Program-made: the position numbers and the translations under genes
Shown: piece after piece, positions 26,751-39,608 of the stretch
How the letters are laid out: the number at the start of each line of letters is the position of its first letter
How positions within the stretch are numbered: the stretch's first letter is position 1
The notes under the pieces: model-generated
Databases searched by the model: none
Told to the model about the DNA's origin: nothing
What the model saw: only the letters and a program-made list of their open reading frames with translations
Assembly: GCA_951406725.2 (NCBI GenBank)
Contig: OX597814.1
Coordinates: 121,768,001-121,832,000, forward strand
Direction of reading: 5' to 3'
Source: Octopus vulgaris
Taxonomy: Eukaryota
DNA length: 64,000 nt

Positions 26751-26751
<1 letters not shown>

Positions 26752-26811
26752 GTGTTGCTGCTGTGGTTGTGGTTGCTGCTGCTACTGTTGCTCTTGTACC
26801 TACAGCACAGT

Positions 26812-27178
26812 GTGGAGGTGCAATGGCCCAGTGGTTAGAGCTGCGGATTCGCGGTCGTAGGATCGCGGTTTCGATTCCCAGACCGAGCGTTGTGAGTGTT
26901 TATTGAGCGAAAACACATAAAGCCCCACGAAGTTCCGGCGGGGGTTGGTGGCGAACCCTGCTGTACTCTTTCGCCACAACTTTCTCTCTGTCTTCCTGTT
27001 TCTGTTGTACCTGTATTTCAAAAGGCCAGCCTTGTCACACTGAATCTACCCGAGAACTAAGTTAAGGATACACATGTCTGTGGAGTGTTCAACCTCTCGC
27101 ACGTTAATTTCACGAGCAGGCTGTTCTGTTGATCTGATCAACTGGAACTCTCGTCTTTACAACTGACGGAGTGTCACA
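26812..27178 (+). mobile_element. SINE family C, tail type 2
   Basis: Head gtggaggtgcaatggcccagtggttag...ggtttcgattcccagacc shared with 24997-25312; different 3' part. Confidence 0.85.
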
Positions 27179-27425
27179 GTACTAATATCATTACTTAAGC
27201 TTATACATTACCGGTCTTAGCCACTGAATTGTGACCATCCTGGGGCACCGCTTTCATAGAAAATTAGACAAACAGCCAGAATCTACTATTTGCAGACATC
27301 TCACCTTGCTCAAATCTATTCAAAAGTCAGTTATTCTTTTCTACTCTAGGCACAGGGCTCGAAATTTTTGAGGAGGAGGTCAGTCGATTAGATCTACCTC
27401 AGTACGCAACTGGTATTTAATTTAT

Positions 27426-27653
27426 TGGCGAGCTGGCAGATACGTTAGCGCGCCGGGCGAAATGCTTAGCAGTATTTCGTCTGCCGCTACGTTCTGAGTT
27501 CAAATTTCGCCGAGGTCGACTTTGCCTTTCATCCTTTCGGGGTCGATTAAATAAGTACCAGTTACGCACTGGGGTCGATATAATCGACTTAATCCGTTTG
27601 TCTGTCCTTGTTTGTCCCCTCTGTGTGTAGCCCCTTGTGGGTAGTAAATAAAT
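27426..27653 (+). mobile_element. SINE family B nested in an antisense family B copy
   Basis: TSD tggtatttaatttat at 27411-27425 and 27654-27668; host fragment about 27335-27678. Confidence 0.85.
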
Positions 27654-27677
27654 TGGTATTTAATTTATCGACTTCGA

Positions 27678-28470
27678 AGATATCACCAACATCATAAGTA
27701 GTTGACCGAAAATGTCATCACAGTATAATCTGCCGATGAGGCACGATGTTGTAGCTTAGGATACTGAATAACGAGATACGTCGGAAAGATAACCTCAGGG
27801 ACAAAAAAATAAGAACCCACTGTAGGGTGGAAGCCATAGCCACTCACAATAAAAAGGAGTACTGATGGAATGTCCCAGTGATAACCTCAATAAAATGTAA
27901 ACACAATAGAACTAACATAATGATTTGGGATAAAGAAGCGAAACTGTGTATAGTTGTGGAAATCAGTTGCCAGCGGCTGTTGACATAATTCTAAAGATCT
28001 GTGTAAAAGAGAATACCTACGCTGAACTTTTGAGAAATTTGCAGCTACCTTATCCAGATTATAAGTTCAGGCTTGTACCTGTAATTACCGTGGCAGTGGA
28101 ATACGTAACACACTACCTAAATACCAATCATGAGAAATTAGGCTTCTCAAACTAAAAAGGAGAAAGCTGATTCGAAGACTACAGATCCAATCCATCACTG
28201 GAACTGTAAATATCTGTAAAACTTACCAGAAGTTTATCATTTAAGTATATATGAGCATGTTTAGATACGTAATTGTATACATGAGAATACGTTTATAAAA
28301 CATACAAATTTGCACATAGATACATACATACATACATACATACATACATACATACATACATACATACATACATACATACATGCAAAAATACTCAGTCGAT
28401 GTTGAAATTCCAATGAAGGAGCCTTGGATCTAGCTTAGAAACTTGTTCTTTCTCTATTGACAAGAAATCT
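27678..28470 (+). mobile_element. RLE-type (R2/R4/NeSL/Hero group) non-LTR retrotransposon 3' fragment
   Basis: EDITNIISS..KMS...PMRHDVVA and IMIWDKEAKLCIVVEISCP...KENTYAELLRNLQLPYPDYKFRLVPVI resemble the CCHC plus PD-(D/E)xK endonuclease region. 3' UTR contains (CATA)n. Confidence 0.75.
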
Positions 28471-29548
28471 TCAGTATTCAGTAGAAAGCATTCCCTCAGC
28501 TATCACACCGTAGAATGGATTCGAACCCTAAACCACATGACTACGAAGTAAATTTAACTATTCCTGCATAATGTCTTTTTTATGTATTTATTTCTATCGG
28601 TCAAAAGTGATTCCGTTTTAAAAAAAATATGTTCGATATTTTCCAACACTTTTTGTCAATCAATTGAAATCTATAGCCCAAGGAAGCCATAATTGTACAT
28701 CAAAGGGCACCATCGCCTTTCTCTCTGTCCATTCCTAAATGTTGCTCAACCATTTGCTTTTATGATCTTCCTATGCCTCTCCAACCGGGGATTTTCCATG
28801 CATGACTATATTCAATAGAGATCGGATGTCATGGTGTCAAATCACATGACTAAACTACTTCATTTTACGCCTTTTAACAAATCACTGAAGAGTTTCGTGC
28901 TTAGCAGCTTTCCCAACATTTTTTCCTTAATACTCTCATCATTTCGCTGTTCTGTACATAGAATCTCAGTATCTTTCATTTCAAAAGCATTTTCTATACA
29001 ATCAATTAATTTCATTTTATTTTTTTTATTATTATTTCTTTAATTCATTTTTACGTTTGAAGATTAATCTACACGTATCAGTGTATAAGTTAATGTGTGC
29101 ATGTGTCATATGTGAGAGGCTCATAGAATGCATACATAATTAAATATCTTTTTTTTCTTCTTTACTTGACAGTTGAAATGAATCAACGGAGATGCTACTA
29201 CGTGGTATTTGACGTCCAAATGATAGCAACAATTTTCGCTCAAATCTCACTTTACCATTTAAAAGAAGTTACAGATGCAGCGTTTCTGAAAATAAGATGG
29301 AATAGTCAAGGCTGGAACAACTTTTGGTTATACATCTCTGCTCAATCAAATGTGATAAAAGCCAAAAATGGATTCTTCACCTCTATTGAATATAATTATA
29401 AATTAAATATTAACCAAAATATATATTGTAATGATGTTGTCTGAAAATATAGGACAGACCAGCACAGGATTGTTCTTTTTCTGACAGGATTGTTCTCCTT
29501 CTACGCATATTCTGCATTATAAATATTACTAAAAAAATACATATTTAC

Positions 29549-29742
29549 CTTGTGAAGAAGGCGCCGGTAAGCTGACGTTGATGACATCACGACGACTATA
29601 TTACGAGTGGCTCCCTCTAGTTGATCGAGCTGTCGTAACATTTTATGTGTGTTTTCTATGTCATCAACACGACGTACCACAACCTCAAGTGGGTCTGACG
29701 AATTATTGAAAGAGTCGTAGATATGTTGAAGATGAATTAAAC
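29549..29742 (-). CDS. GluA: AMPA-type glutamate receptor, ATD exon (2nd), 194 nt, phase 1/0
   Basis: attctcag|GT TTA...CAC AAG|gtaaat. (G)LIHLQHIYDSFNNSSDPLEVVVRRVDDIENTHKMLRQLDQLEGATRNIVVVMSSTSAYRRLLHK completes the split Gly codon of the previous exon and corresponds to GluA GLSTLQAVLD...RRVILDC. Not in the ORF track. Confidence 0.9.
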
Positions 29743-29789
29743 CTGAGAATAGATAACAACAGAAAAATTATATTTAAAATATTACCAGC

Positions 29790-30520
29790 AGTAACAAAAG
29801 AGATAATGAAATATTTAAAAGTATTCCAAATTCAAGAAATCCCAAAATTAGATGAATTAAGAACAAATGCAGAAAAGAACTAAATGCATGAAAATCCTAA
29901 CTAAAAATGCACTCTTAAATAATCTTACCATCAAATGGCAGGAAAAGTTACTTCATGGTAAATATCCAGAGAGATTTAACAATTCTGAAGTTGATAAAAC
30001 TCTTACCCATCAGTGGTTAGCATCCTCTGGCTTAAAATTACAGATATATGGCTTAAAATTACAGATATATGTTTAAAAAAACACATCCTCAATCCATCGA
30101 GCATACCGTCTGTAGTTAAGGCGTTATACCCTCAGAATATTTCAAAAGGCATGATAAAGCTGCGCAATATATCGACTGGTTTAATTTACAAGTACCGGAA
30201 CGTGCCCCTTCATAGATGATTACCTCAATTACCAGGGAATCCAAAAGTGGAAGAAACTCAGAAGATAGTACTTTTGGACTCCACTTAAATCTTACGAAAA
30301 ATAATACTATTTATATAACTTCAAAACAATCTTTTTACACATATCAAAAGCGCAATTTCTAAAACAATACCTCTTACGAACCCAAAGTGGACAATTATAG
30401 CACAAATCCTGCCCATACTACATTCTTCACCCACAACATGACCGTTATCAACTATCATAGTCATAATGACAACTGGAAATTATAACATGGTGTCTCTTGA
30501 GGTTTCTGGGTGAGACATGG
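29790..30520 (+). mobile_element. RLE-type (R4/Dong-like) LINE fragment
   Basis: IKWQEKLLHGKYPERFNNSEVDKTLTHQWLASSGLK is the typical post-RT motif W..K.LHG.Y...VD......WL....LK. Confidence 0.7.
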
Positions 30521-31592
30521 ATTCACTCATACAAACACGAAGTCAAGTCCAACATCACAATACTAATTCTTTCTACTATACGCACAAGGCCTGAAAGTTT
30601 GTGGAGAGGATGTTAGTCGGTTACAGCGGCGATCCCATTGTTTAAAAGGTATTTATTCCTTCGACCTTGAAAGTATGAAAGTCAAAGGTGACCTCGGCGG
30701 AAATAGTAATTCTTTATTTTTTTCCCCTAAATCTCATTCATTCACAGAAAAAGAATGTTAGGATTTTACAAATCCGTTGGAGTAAACAAAATGGATAAGA
30801 TAAAAATGAAATGGAAAGCAAAGACGTTATAAAATATACAGACATTAACAAAATTATTCAAAATTAATAAGTGATTATATGAGAATATGGATGTAATTTA
30901 AAGAAACAAGAAAACAATGGGATAGCCGAGCATCACACGGGTGAGAAACCAGGAACTAGTGTTGGTCAGATTATCCCATATCCTTATTCTCCTGTCACTG
31001 CAAAATGCGCATGAGCATTTCCAATGTAGAGCAGGACTAAAAGCATTCAACGGCATTTCTGATATGACAGACCGTTGATGTCAATTATATGGCAGACCGT
31101 TGATGTAATCTTCAACTACATTTTATCATTTGACTATCTCACTCCTCCTTCCCACACATCACATCATCAACATTACTCTACAAAACACACGCCCTTTGGT
31201 GCCAATACCACGTTACTTCCTTTCAAAACTTTAAAAAAAACTTCCATTTTGTGAAGAGCGTTCTTCATATCATTTACACGTCTTTTGCTTTGATTCATTG
31301 GTTTGCTTTTGACTTGGTTATATGTTTAATGTCGCCGAAATATTTTCAAACCTGTCTATCCTCTACACGCCTCTCATCGTCATCAAATGGCAGGGTAATA
31401 TTTCTGGAAGAGAGGAACACTCTGTTCTTCTCTGGTTGTTTGTAGCGGAGTCAGCTTCCTGATAAGATTACATGTTGTCGTTTCTTGGGAACTGTGGCGG
31501 GCCGAGTCTTTTTGCTATCTCCACAGTTGCGGCCGGTAGTGTTTTCTAAATAATGGATTCTACGTTTGATGCTTATTGATTATTCACCTTGC

Positions 31593-31671
<79 letters not shown>

Positions 31672-32821
31672 AACGGACGCACACAAACACACACAAACAC
31701 TCTTTCACTCTCGCTCTTCTCCCTTTCATTCCCAGCTCCTGAGAACAGAATACCCACAAGTGTCTCTTCTTTCCCTTATATAACAGATGGATCTATTGAT
31801 TTAAGGATCATAATGGACTGCCAGATCAGTGCCACAATAGTTAAGGCGAGCCAAGGGTCAATGCTTAACCCGATGTGCTACATTTTAACGCTTTATTGCT
31901 TTTTACCCATATATCGCGGCACGATCCTGTGGGCAGGTGTGTAGAAACATTAACTAAGCTTGTCAACTCACCACATCTTCAGTTTCGAAGACCAGGCAAT
32001 CAATCTTGTATATCCTACCTTTGTATATGAAAATTACATCATCCAACACAAGATCTACGTCTACCCTTCATTGCATTTTGACGGTACTCTATAAAGTCAT
32101 TTGCTTTCCAAGTGACGGATGTACACCGTCTTTCGAAATGCATACCACTTTTCTTTTTTAACTTGCTTCGATAAAATCGGTAGCGCAAGAGAGCAGAATT
32201 TCTTGTGATATAAATCTGTTTCAGTCTTTCTTTGTCAGAAAAACGCCCCTTATTCATAATTTCTTCTTAGCTTGTTGACATTAACAAAGCTGTTTTCGTC
32301 ATTGTCTGCGATGCGAAAATTATTCGACTGCTACTAACGTCAGTCTCTATATTACACATTTGTTTCCTTGTGTTTGTCTGTAATTTCTGAGATGGCAATG
32401 TCTGCGCTGTGTTTGTAATTGCACCTGTTCGTTTAAATGTTACAATTCGTTCTCTTTGTTTGTCACTTTTTAAAACAGACTCTGTTTATAGCTTCATAAT
32501 TTTCATCAATTTTTTTCTCTCGGAAAACTTCGGAGGCGTGATCGTTGTTACCTCTTTTCTTGGTATCAACGCTCATCGTTATTTCAAACGGAGAAGCGAT
32601 ATTTTTTTTTTAATCCATATAAATAAATATTTTGTACAGCAAATAAATGTTTGAAAGAGAAATAGTTTTGTCTACAGTGAATCAACAGCACAGACATTTG
32701 AAAGTTCCAGAAGCTCGCTGTTTCTATAAAAACCCGGAAAAGAAAAGCTTTCTTTCTCCCACTAAATAAAATTTGGACTCATTCGCTAAGAGTGAAGTAG
32801 GTTCGATATCATCTAAAGCGA

Positions 32822-33296
32822 AAAAGAAGAAGAAGAAGAAGAAGAAGAAGAAGAAGAAGAAGGGGAGGAGGAGGAGGGGAAGGGGAAGGAGGAGGAGGGG
32901 AAGGAGGAAGAGCAGGGGAAGGAGCAGGAGGAGGGGAGGGGAGGGGCAGGAGGAGGAAATGAGGAGGACGAGGAGGAGGACGATGAGAAGGAGGAGTAGG
33001 GGAAGAGGCAAAGAAGAAGAAGACGAAGAAGGAGAAGGAGAAGAAGAAGGAGAAGAAGGAGGAGGAGAAGAAGAAGAAGAAGAAGAAGAAGAAGAAGGAG
33101 AAGGAGAAGAAGGAGAAGAAGGAGAAGGAGAAGAAGGAGAAGAAGAAGGAGGAGAAGAAGAAGAAGAAGAAGAAGGAGAAGAAGGAGAAGAAGAAGTAGA
33201 AGTAGAAGAAGTAGAAGTAGAAGAAGAAGAAGAAGAAGAAGAAGAAGAAGAAGAAGAAGAAGAAGAAGAAGAAGAAGAAAAAGAAGAAGAAGAAGA
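32822..33296. repeat. about 475-bp purine-rich (GAA/GGA)n tract
   Basis: Seen directly; source of the K/R/E-rich ORF. Confidence 0.95.
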
Positions 33297-34243
33297 TTTA
33301 CGCCGTTGTCGTTCACCCTTTCAAAAATACAGCTAAAATTTTGCTCAATTCATATTCAAACGTCAGCAAATAAAATGAAGCATTACAAAATTTCGTACTA
33401 AATTCACCGAAGAACCGGAGACATGGCTAGAATGTTGTCGATAATATATCTTGGTGATAAGGGCTGACTTTGTACTAAAATGACAGCATAAACAACAGTA
33501 ATTTGAACACTGAACTGGAAAGACAACTAATATCAAAGCAACGTTTGTTAAAACAACCAGTACAAACTGTAATTAATGAACTAGAGAGATTGTTGAAACT
33601 TAAGAAGATAAGGAACTAATTCAAAAATAATTGGAACACCTTACTAATAAGACAAGAGCCTTACGTTACAATCAAAGTTATCTGTCTGCAGTAAATAAAA
33701 GAATCTAGTGTCAATAATTCCAAGTGAAGAACGAATTATCAAAGCAAGTATTGTGTATGGATTTATCTTGTGTCTCTTATCTTGTACCATAAGCTATTGT
33801 TTGTTTCTGAGGTTGTCGACGCCGTCATCATTGTTGCTTTTTGGTGTCGTTGTTTAACTGCAGATCAGTTTCTCTTGGTCAGAAATGGGATCGCCGGCAT
33901 TTCACCTTTATGAACCTGTCTTTTGTTCTGGGCATTGTAGTATACACTAGATAACATTAACTAATCTATCCTCATTTAAGAAGTCGATGGAAACGCCGCC
34001 GCTATATACGTCAGTTTAACAAAGACAATGGCTTGAAGTTCCTCTTTTTAACTTATATTTCTAGAACTAAAGTTATCTTTACACACACACGCACATATAC
34101 ACACATACACAATTTTGTCTTCTGGTAACTGATGTAATATGTATATATATATATGCATAAATGTGAGTGAGTGTGTGTGTGCGTGGTACATATAATTATA
34201 GATATATGCAGGTATGTACATATGTATACGTTTTAGTGTGTGA

Positions 34244-34640
34244 GTGGCTGTGTGGCTGTGTGGTAAGTAGCTTGCTTTCTAACCATATGGTTCCGGGTTC
34301 AGTTCCACTGCGTGGCACTTTGGGCAAGTGTCTTCTACTATAGCTTCGGGCCGACCAAAGCCTTGTGAGTGGATTTGGTAGACGGAAACTGAAAGAAGCC
34401 CTCGTATATATGTATATGTATATATATGTTTGTGTGTGTTTGCATGTCTGAGTTTGTCCCCCCAATATCGCTAGACAACCGATGCTAGTGTGTTTACGTC
34501 CCCGTAACTTAGCAGTTCGACAAAAGAGACCGATAGAATAAGTACTAGGCTTACAAAGCTCTTGGGCGATTTGCTCGACTAAAGGCCGTGCTCCAGCAAG
34601 ATCGCAGTCAAATGACTGAAGCAAGTAAAATAGTAAAAGA
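34244..34640 (+). mobile_element. SINE family A
   Basis: gtggctgtgtggtaag (A box)...gggttcagttcc (B box)...ttgggcaagtgtcttctac, internal TA/TG microsatellite, aagtaaaa tail. Confidence 0.9.
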
Positions 34641-35005
34641 CTTTATGTATGTGTTTTTGAGCGAGTATGCGTAATAGATATATACATGTGTGTTTGTGTG
34701 TGTGTCTGTGTGTGTTTTCAAAACTATCAGCGCCAAGCATTGATTAGGAATACGCGAAATTTAAGTTAGGGAAAATATATTTGTGGCATATTTCAACTTT
34801 TAAAGGCAAATTCACTGCAGCTGCTATGGAGAAATATATTCTCTCTTATGATAAAAGGTGTAAAAACATTAAATGTGCCCAGTGTTGGCCTCTATTGGAT
34901 TCTAGGACGCAGCGTTTCTGTCACTTTAAGCGTTCCTCAGTTGAAAATAACGAACAGTGGTGACTCTAAGAAGATGTAAAACCGTAGCTTTAACTAAAAC
35001 ACAGT

Positions 35006-35039
<34 letters not shown>

Positions 35040-35499
35040 CGGCGACTAGACATCAATATCACAATGAATTAGACTCCGTAAAAACTACCTACGAATTACG
35101 CGGGGATTGTTAAGTAGGGTAACAGATTAAGTCGCTTATTAGGAACAGTTCACACTCTTACAGGCTTGCAATAGCTTCCTTTAATTATACTGGAAAAATG
35201 TTGGTCGACAGAAAACTGAAGATAACCTCCATGATATTGTATGGATAAATTATATCTGAATGATCTACCTAACTGTCAAGCGAACATCTTAACTATATAT
35301 TAATATTTGTGAACTTTCCTTACCTACTCAACAATTCCTACACCGTATTCTTAACCACGTGACCATACAGTATATTCTTGGTCTTGTGTTGCATTTGTTT
35401 GCTTCACAGTAGATTGTTTTGGAAGTAATTTAATCTTTACACATATCAGAGTTCTTTAAATTTAATATTCTCCCACTTTTCATAAAGTAAATAGAATTA

Positions 35500-36085
35500 G
35501 TTCGTTAGATTTTACTTTTGACTCAAATAAATTCTGTTATTTTCCACTAGAAAAAGTAACCCTTATTTTTATCTCAACGGCTTTCACTTACCTTTGACTT
35601 GACTAATCTTTCTTTTGCTCAGGAATTCACAACTTAACTTTATCTTTGATTCAGCAATCTTCCCTATCTTTCACTCAACAACCTTTCCTTAAGTTTCATT
35701 AAGCCAATACCCGTTAAATTTCACTCAACAAATTCCCCTTAAAGTTATCGTAACAATCTTCACTTGACTTTGATTCAACAACTTTCTGTTATCTTCGATT
35801 CGGTAATCCTCCACTGCTCCTTATCTCATACTGAACAACCTTTCCTTCATCTTTACTAAACAAATAGCCATTTACTTTTCCATCAACACACTCCCCTTTT
35901 ATTTGACTCAATAAATTCAATTCTTATCTCTAATTCAAATACCCCTTATCTCCGATTCAATATCTTCGCCTTACCTTTGACCTAACATTCAGACCCTTTT
36001 GGCTTAACAGCTTTCAGTTCTCTTTGACAGAGCAAACTGCCGTTAGCATTGACACAATAACCTTCTCTTAACGTTAACTTAACAA
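35500..36085. repeat. highly degenerate about 25-bp minisatellite
   Basis: Recurrent ttatctttgactcaacaaccttccc-like units at about 25-nt spacing. Confidence 0.7.
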
Positions 36086-36359
36086 CAAACAAAATCAATC
36101 AATGTATCTCAATCGTCTTGTGATCATGAAATTGTCGATATTTCACATTTCTTTAAAAAGAAATTAAAATCGGTACATATTTAACTAAGAGAGATTGTAA
36201 ATAAGAGAAAAAGGCAAAACAAAGTAAAAACGAATCCTTTAATCTCCAAAAGATTATTTTATGGCGCTTAATGAAACAGAAAACTAAAAGACGAACTTTA
36301 TGCAAAGGAATTAACACATTAATTATTCACCACAGATGTAGAGTTAAATGATCTTATAA

Positions 36360-36794
36360 TTATACATAAACATATGTATACATGTATACATATATCCATG
36401 TATACATATATCCATGTATACATATATACAAACATACATAGTAATGCATACATGCATACATATATATATATATACATACATGCATACGTGCATGCAGACA
36501 TACATACAAAACTACATGCATACACACATACATACATATATATATATATACATATATACATGCATACATACATACATACATACATTCATGCATACAAACA
36601 TATATACATACATGCAGACATATAAGCATACATACATAATACATACATACATGCATTCATATATACATACCCACATATACATACATGCATACATTCATGT
36701 ATACATACATACATACATACATACATACATACATACATACATACATACATACATACATACATACATACATACATACATACATACATACATACAT
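36360..36794. repeat. (CATA)n-type microsatellite
   Basis: Seen directly. Confidence 0.95.
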
Positions 36795-37051
36795 TGGCTA
36801 CAACCCAATTTCGATTAATACCATGGTTTGATTGTTCGCTTAAATATGACCAGAATGGACGTGGTTTTTCAATTCTGCTAGGGATTTACACTGTTTTGTA
36901 CTGATATAGCTATGTTGGGTGCATCTTGCAATAAGTCTTAACAAATTGTTTTCCTGACGTTCACTTCTACATTACATTCGCTCTACTTTTTAAAACATAT
37001 TCTTTTCTATAACCACTGCAATTAGAGATGCAGTACAACACATAGTTAACA

Positions 37052-37355
37052 GGCGTGGCTGTGTGGTAAGAAGTTTGCATTCACATGGTCCGGGTTCAGT
37101 CCTACTAGGTAGCACCTTGGGCTAGTGTCATCAACTATAGCCTCGGAGGACCAAATCCTCGTGAATGGATTTGGCAGACGGAAACTGAACGAAATTTGTC
37201 ATGTGTCACCTCTTGACACCGGTGTGGATGTGTTTATGTTCCTGTAATTTAGTGGTTCGTCAATGGAGTACGATAGAATAAAAAGAAGTGAGTCAGTTCA
37301 TTTATTCGACTCAAATTTTTTCAAGGCGGTCAAATGACTGAAAAAGTGAAAGCTA
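37052..37355 (+). mobile_element. degraded SINE family A
   Basis: ggcgtggctgtgtggtaagaag...gggttcagtcc...gacggaaactgaa...caaatgactgaa. Confidence 0.75.
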
Positions 37356-37589
37356 AATAAATACTCTGTCTGCGTGGCTCCTCAGATGACTTCTAAGGTC
37401 TGCCTTACCTAGACAGACACCTAGACACACACGTAAAACGTTAAAATAGATCGTGCCCCTAAAAACACAAGGAAGTTCACTTACTTACATATATACATGC
37501 GAGTAGTGTAAATAACTGAGCGTATGTATATGTGTACTGTAGTTAGGTGTGTAGTAAAGAATATATAACGTGAAGTGTGTTTGTGTGAT

Positions 37590-37734
37590 AAGAAACTCGC
37601 TTCCAAATCACATCGTCCTGAGTTCAGTCCCATTGCGTGGCACTTTGGGCAAGTGTCTTCTACTATAGCCTCGGGTCGACCAAAGCCCTGTGAGTGGATT
37701 TAGTAAACAGAAACTGAAAGAAGCCCGTCGTATA

Positions 37735-37773
<39 letters not shown>

Positions 37774-38011
37774 GTATATGTGTGTGTATATGTTTGTGTG
37801 CCTGCGTGTGCCCCCCCCCCCCTCAACATCGCTTGACAACCGATGCTGGTGTGTTTACGTCCCCGTAACTTAACGGTTCGGCAAAAGAGACCGATAGAAT
37901 AAGTACTAAGCTTACAAAGAATAAGTCCTGGGGTCGATTTGCTCGACCAAAGGCGGTGCTCCAGCATGGCCACAGTCAAATGACGGAAACAAGAAAAAGA
38001 GTAAAAGAGTA
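37590..38011 (+). mobile_element. SINE family A abutting the GluA splice donor
   Basis: Near-full copy whose aaagagtaaaagagta tail ends immediately before acttac (donor GTAAGT on the minus strand). Confidence 0.9.
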
Positions 38012-38017
38012 ACTTAC

Positions 38018-38266
38018 CATCATCTGAATCGAAAATGTAGAAAATTCGCCTCCACCGATAGAAGTTGATCAGCTCTGTGATGGCTGGCATATAGGACGGG
38101 CTCATATGTATCTCAAATGGATAACTTGGCAGTTGATGTCTTGTAGCTACATTCAGAACGAATACGGGTAGATGCAAAGCATTACTATATGCTTGAACAA
38201 CATGATGGGAAATTGGGTTGTTTAGTATAAAAAGTGCGAAAATACCCATAGCCGACTGAGAGCAAA
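38018..38266 (-). CDS. GluA: AMPA-type glutamate receptor, ATD exon (1st in window), 249 nt, phase 1/1
   Basis: ctttccag|TT TGC...GAT GAT G|gtaagt. CSQSAMGIFALF...YSNALHLPVF...PFEIHMSPSYMPAITELINFYRWRRIFYIFDSDD(G) matches GluA CSQFSRGVYAIFG...LHVSF...PFVIQMRP..LIEYYQWDKFAYLYDSDRG. Confidence 0.95.
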
Positions 38267-38419
38267 CTGGAAAGAGAATTAAAATAGAGAAATTAGATTA
38301 ATACTGGGAAATAATTTATATTATGAATGTATACATCAATAAACATTTCAAATTTCTCTGCAATATAAAAATGTGCTGTAATGTAAAGATAAATACATAT
38401 ATACATACATATATATATA

Positions 38420-38800
38420 TCCTTATGGTCCACAAGGTCTACACATAGAGGGGACAAACAAGGACCAGCAACTGCGTAAGTGGTGCTTATTTAAACGACC
38501 CCGAAAGAATGAAAGGCAAAGTCAACCTCGGTGGAATTTGAACTCAGAACGTAACGGCAGAAGAAATATCTATTTCTTTACTGCCCACAAGGGGCTACAC
38601 ACAGAGGGGACAAACAAGGACAGACAAACGAATTAAGTCGATTATATCGAACCCAATGCGTAGCTGGTATTTATTTAATCGACCCCGAAAATATGAAAGG
38701 CAAAGTCGACCATGGCAGAATTTGAACTCAGAACGTAGCGGCAGACGAAATACCGCTAAGCATTTCGCCCAGCCTGCTAACTATTCTGACAGCTCGCCGC
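38420..38800 (-). mobile_element. SINE family B tandem dimer
   Basis: gaaaggcaaagtc.acc...gaatttgaactcagaacgta occurs twice (about 38511 and 38695). Confidence 0.85.
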
Positions 38801-39608
38801 CCTTAAAGAAGAATGTAAATAGGCACGAGTATTACTGAGTGAGTAAAAAGCTTCGAGATCGGTTCTGCTGAGCGGTACCGTGGGCAAGTGTTTGTTATTA
38901 TAACCTCTGTCCGACAAACGTCTTACATTCTAATTTGATAGACGGAAACTGTGTAGAAATCCGTATATAAATAAATATATGTTTTATTTGTGTTTTCCCC
39001 CACCGAGAGGTGTTGGTTTGTTTACATGTCTGTAACTTTGGGATTCGGCAAAAGAAACTAGTAACTTAAATGCCAGATTTTAGAAAAAGCACAAATTGCT
39101 TAAATCTCCGTTTGTGCCAAAATAATGTAATTCATTAGTAAAGCTAGTGACACATCTACTGACCAACTAACATTTTCACCAATCTATTTTGTTTCGTAAA
39201 CCCTTAAAAAAAATACAAGCCTAAGACCTGCAGCTGACACACCAAAACGAACACACCTGATTAGAAATTCTACTTGCATGACTGAATTCTGAACATTAAA
39301 ATAATTCCAAATTTAATCAATAAAATCTTCCATCACCACCAACCCTAAAACTTAATTAACAATGAACAGTGCTCCACTTACCCCAGAAAATTTTAATTTA
39401 GCAGAAACTATATAAAGCCAAGATGAACTCGAACGTAACGGTAACTGCTTATGGTTCAGCGAGCCGAAACTTCGAAGTTACAATCGATAATATTCTTGCT
39501 AAAGAATAATAAATAAGTACCAAAAGTACTGAGTAATCTTTCAGTTTAAGGTATAATATTCTATCATAACTTGACATAAAAAAAATCGTTAATGTCTGTT
39601 TGAATGTA

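Noticed and set aside
26812-26890. tRNA gene (also SINE heads at 25240-25312 and 53159-53230)
   Set aside because: tRNA-like A/B boxes run directly into SINE bodies, some with TSDs; no clean cloverleaf and terminator.
28405-28455. Hammerhead-like ccaatga...gaaac in the RLE LINE 3' UTR
   Set aside because: Core has multiple substitutions and the stems pair poorly.
32773-33336. 187-aa K/R/E-rich ORF, and similar poly-R, YI, LSIY and VC ORFs elsewhere
   Set aside because: Translations of microsatellites.
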